NCBI GenBank assembly: GCA_037447605.1 | Contig: CM074805.1 | Coordinates: 1 to 64,000, forward strand | Source of the DNA: Zygnema circumcarinatum SAG 698-1b | Lineage: Eukaryota > Plantae > Zygnematophyceae | Direction: 5' to 3' | Length of the DNA stretch: 64,000 nucleotides | In this document: positions 61,039-64,000 of the stretch, one piece after another | Layout of the letters: each line of letters opens with the position of its first letter | Numbering within the stretch: the first letter of the stretch is position 1 | Notes under the pieces: model-generated | Seen by the model: the letters and a program-made list of their open reading frames with translations, nothing else | Database searches by the model: none | What the model was told of the DNA's origin: nothing | Made by a program: the position numbers and the translations under genes

Positions 61039-61490
61039 GATCATGGTCATCACTGGGAGTGCATCCCGATATCGATATCGTGCTATTAGGTGGGTCTTGC
61101 CGAGGTCGAGTGAATGTCGGGCGAAAACTAGGTGATTTCGGCGCAGCACTTGGCGTAGTTGAGAATGCTTGATCGGGTCTGAGAGTACTGCTGGCCCCAA
61201 TCGCATCTGTCCCTCTATCTTCAGCCACTCTTCATCACTGATGGTCTCGTGGGCGGGAAAGTTGGGTGCAACTATCACCGGCGGCAAAAGGTCTTCCGTC
61301 GGCGCACAGAGGGCTGGACCCGGAGGAGGGGGAGTCTCGTCCTCGGTATCAGAATTGGCAGATCCATAGGAAGAATAGGGACTGCCGACCGCATGGTACA
61401 TGTTGATCTCTGGGTAGGAGACCTGCGCCGTGGCGTGTCGTTTGGGGAAGGCGGAGGTGGCAAGGGACTCGAGGATGATGGGAAGGAGCG
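61039..61490 (-). pseudogene. Ty3/gypsy-like pol fragment (region just before RT)
   Basis: QLRQVLRRNHLVFARHSLDLGKTHLIARYRYRDALPV resembles the conserved segment preceding the gypsy RT (LL..F.DVF....DLG.T....H.I). An in-frame stop lies upstream and a gap downstream. Confidence 0.6.
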
Positions 61491-61714
61491 GTCACGTCGT
61501 AGGCGGATAAGTCACGGCTGACATGTATGAAATCGATTAAGATTGCTCCCATCATGATGAGCTATCGGGCAATGAGGGGTAGAATAGTGCTTTCGTGACG
61601 TGATGGCCGCATTCGCATGGCTCCCATCTCGCCAAGGCGTGATCGCAGGCCTTTGCCCAAATCGCTTCATCTTAGGCTCCCCTCAACCCCCCACATATAG
61701 GGGAATGGGCACCG

Positions 61715-62696
61715 TGTAGCCCAGCTTCTGATCCGCATACGGGAGGTGTACTTAGAAGCATCGTCCTAGTACTCACCCGGGCGGGCAGTGGCCCAGGCGT
61801 AGGGGACCACCTAGGACCGGGGAAGGGTCACGGGATCGGGCTGCGGTACAGGGTTCGATCTTGGCCTTGATATCTTGAGACATATAATGGCAGCCAGCGT
61901 CGCCCGATGTGGTCGAGGATCACGAATCCGACCGCATCTTCCTTACGTTTTAGACGTAACGTCGTCCGTACAATTACGGGTCGCAGATTGAAGTACGGGC
62001 CGGTAGCTGTCGAATCAGCGCGGCGCGTAGGATCCGGCCGTGCACCGACGTACGGCGGCGCGCCGCGTCGCGGCGCGCGCCCGCGGAACGCGGCGAGCGT
62101 TCGTACGTTGCACTCCTCTGACCCATTCGGGTCAGAGACGGACACGTGGCGGGTTGCCACTGGACAGCCCTGCTTCCAATCCTCCATGCTGGTAGGAGGT
62201 TCGACGGGGGAAGCGTAAGGGGGCGTGGGTGACTGTCGTCACCCAACCAACGTACCGGCATTCGGTTGCACCCCCGCTCGGGGGCTGTGCCACCCTCTGA
62301 AGTTCTTGCTCTCGCTCTCTCTCTCTCTCTCCTGCCCTCTCTCACTGAACTCGGAGTGCTGGTGTGTTATTCCGCGTAGACTGAAGAGGCGTTTTTCAGT
62401 TGTTACATTGGTATGAGAGCCGCGTTGCGGTCTTCTCTTTGAAAGAGAACCTGCGGGTCATGGTGACCACTCGCCGGGCCGGAGGGGACCCGGGGCCCTC
62501 GGGGCCGCCACCTCCACCACCTGTCCCTCGGGACGAGGTGATGGAGGAGAACTCGGAGACTGCGGCCACCCCCATGGAGGGGCCCAGTCCCGAGCCCACG
62601 GATGACCAAGGTCATCCGGTGGCCTGCCCCTTTCCCGCGTCGAGGAGCCGCTGGCTCGGCAGAATCGCCGATCCCATGATGAGCCCCTCACGGTGA
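61715..62696 (+). mobile_element. LTR (61715-62407) + tRNA-iMet-type PBS (62409-62421) + truncated gag start (62460-62696)
   Basis: TGTAGC...TGTTACA termini; TGGTATGAGAGCC differs by one base from the canonical TGGTATCAGAGCC; the ORF begins MVTTRRAGG, a typical gag start, and stops early. The LTR left boundary is tentative. Confidence 0.7.
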
Positions 62697-63169
62697 AGCG
62701 TCCACGAAAGATGAAGAGGATGAAAGGAGCTAGGAAGCGGATAAAGAGCGGCCTTTGTCGCCACCACTTTGCTCTGTGGCCAGTGGGCGACATGGAGCTC
62801 ATGGTCCGCCTTTGGTGAATACGCTCAAATGGAGTTCGAACCTTCGGGCCGAACTCAGGAGGATCGAGAAGGTATACCCGAACCCCGGTACATGGCCCGG
62901 TGGATGCGGCCCGAGTCTGGGGAGGGTTAAACAAACCCTCCGTGGCGTCGTGTCGGCGCCCCAGCTGGCTGCGAGGCGGCAATCGGACCTGGTTTTTCCA
63001 CGGGGAGTCACCATGAGAGTGGCGAACCACCCGGCGATGGGGACCCCGTCAATGGCCATTCTTTGGGGGCGGAGGAGATCGATCCTCGAGGCCTCCCACT
63101 GCCCTCACGAGGATGCTCGGCGGGCCGGGCAAAGGTGGCCTCTTTCCTTTACAGGCGAACATCACAGTG

Positions 63170-64000
63170 AGTGTTAGTGTGCTATAGTTAGACGTGCATG
63201 GTTTACACTAACATTGTTGTGGTCCTGGTTGAAACATGAGATCGCTAGTAGTGTTCACAGGAAATACGGTGCGGGCCAAATGTCGATTGGCCCATGCGGC
63301 GCGCCGGGCGCGGAGGATGTGATGTCGGCGGAACGTCCCGGACCCTTAGATGCGGTCCTTGGTGGCTGAGTGACTACCGGGAGGAGACGGTGGCAGAGAC
63401 CTGAGGTGTGGCAGCCTTGGAAATGCGGCAGCCGGAGATTTCGTCGCGGGCGGTATGAATAATGTCACGGTGTGTAGCGAACATCGCGTAGCGAGGCGGC
63501 TGGGGCAGCGTCTGGTTGTAGCGGCGGAAGTTACTGCCTTCGAGCAGACGACAAGTTGAATGAGCTATGCGGACGGCGACTGGAGTGTCTTGGCGTAAGT
63601 TTCTGAAAAGACACGCAAAGCGGATGTTGAAACGTGCGGTGCTGAGCGCATGGCGGCCGTGACGTGACTTATCGGTCAACAAGGAAGATGTCACGTAACT
63701 GCGGCTATGGCGGTATACTGGGTTTAGCTTTGTTATGTAGGATAACCACATTAGACTCATGGTACGTGACTTATTACGTACTGCTTTCGTGTTGCTTTGG
63801 GCTGCCTTGTATGTAGGTAGTGAGTAAGGGGAGAAGTAGCTAGTGAGAGGGGGAGAACTTCATGTGGGTGACATTCTTATTATAAAGGAGTTTTAGAGTC
63901 GTGAGCTTTCTCCAACACACTCTCGTGTGTGATTTCCGTGTGCTTTCGTCTTTCGTTCATTACGTGAGTTATGGGCTATGAGTGAAGTGAGATAGAGTGA
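63170..64000 (+). mobile_element. LTR-like sequence related to the element at the left edge
   Basis: AAGGAGTTTTAG..GCTTTCTCC at 63885-63913 matches the reverse complement of 983-1010, with similar composition upstream. Boundaries are uncertain. Confidence 0.45.

Overview
This is eukaryotic, intron-rich, green-lineage genomic DNA. GC-rich first exons and promoters, plant-type genes and TTTTAGGG-like repeats suggest a streptophyte alga (inference). Eleven complete spliced genes can be traced by hand: RPL15 (-), CCT7 (+), PPD4 (+), peroxisomal 3-ketoacyl-CoA thiolase (+), a YvcK/UPF0052-family gene (-), an STN7/STN8-family kinase with a long C-terminal extension (-), Nop16 (-), an unknown plastid-type membrane-anchored coiled-coil protein (-), DOHH (+), IST1-like (-) and a type II membrane SAM methyltransferase (+). 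A probable first exon of a twelfth gene runs into a gap. Both ends of the window hold LTR-retrotransposon remnants. Other repeats are a three-copy MITE-like family built from palindromic AACCATT units, a 43-bp hairpin minisatellite and a ~1.1-kb (CCAGCTT)n array. A 1373-bp exact duplication (offset 1383 bp) around an N-gap is probably an assembly artefact. The most striking unexplained signal is dense GTAC clustering at GC-rich promoters, including two of the three very short head-to-head promoters. No tRNA, rRNA or CRISPR array was found. All gene models are manual and no database searches were run.
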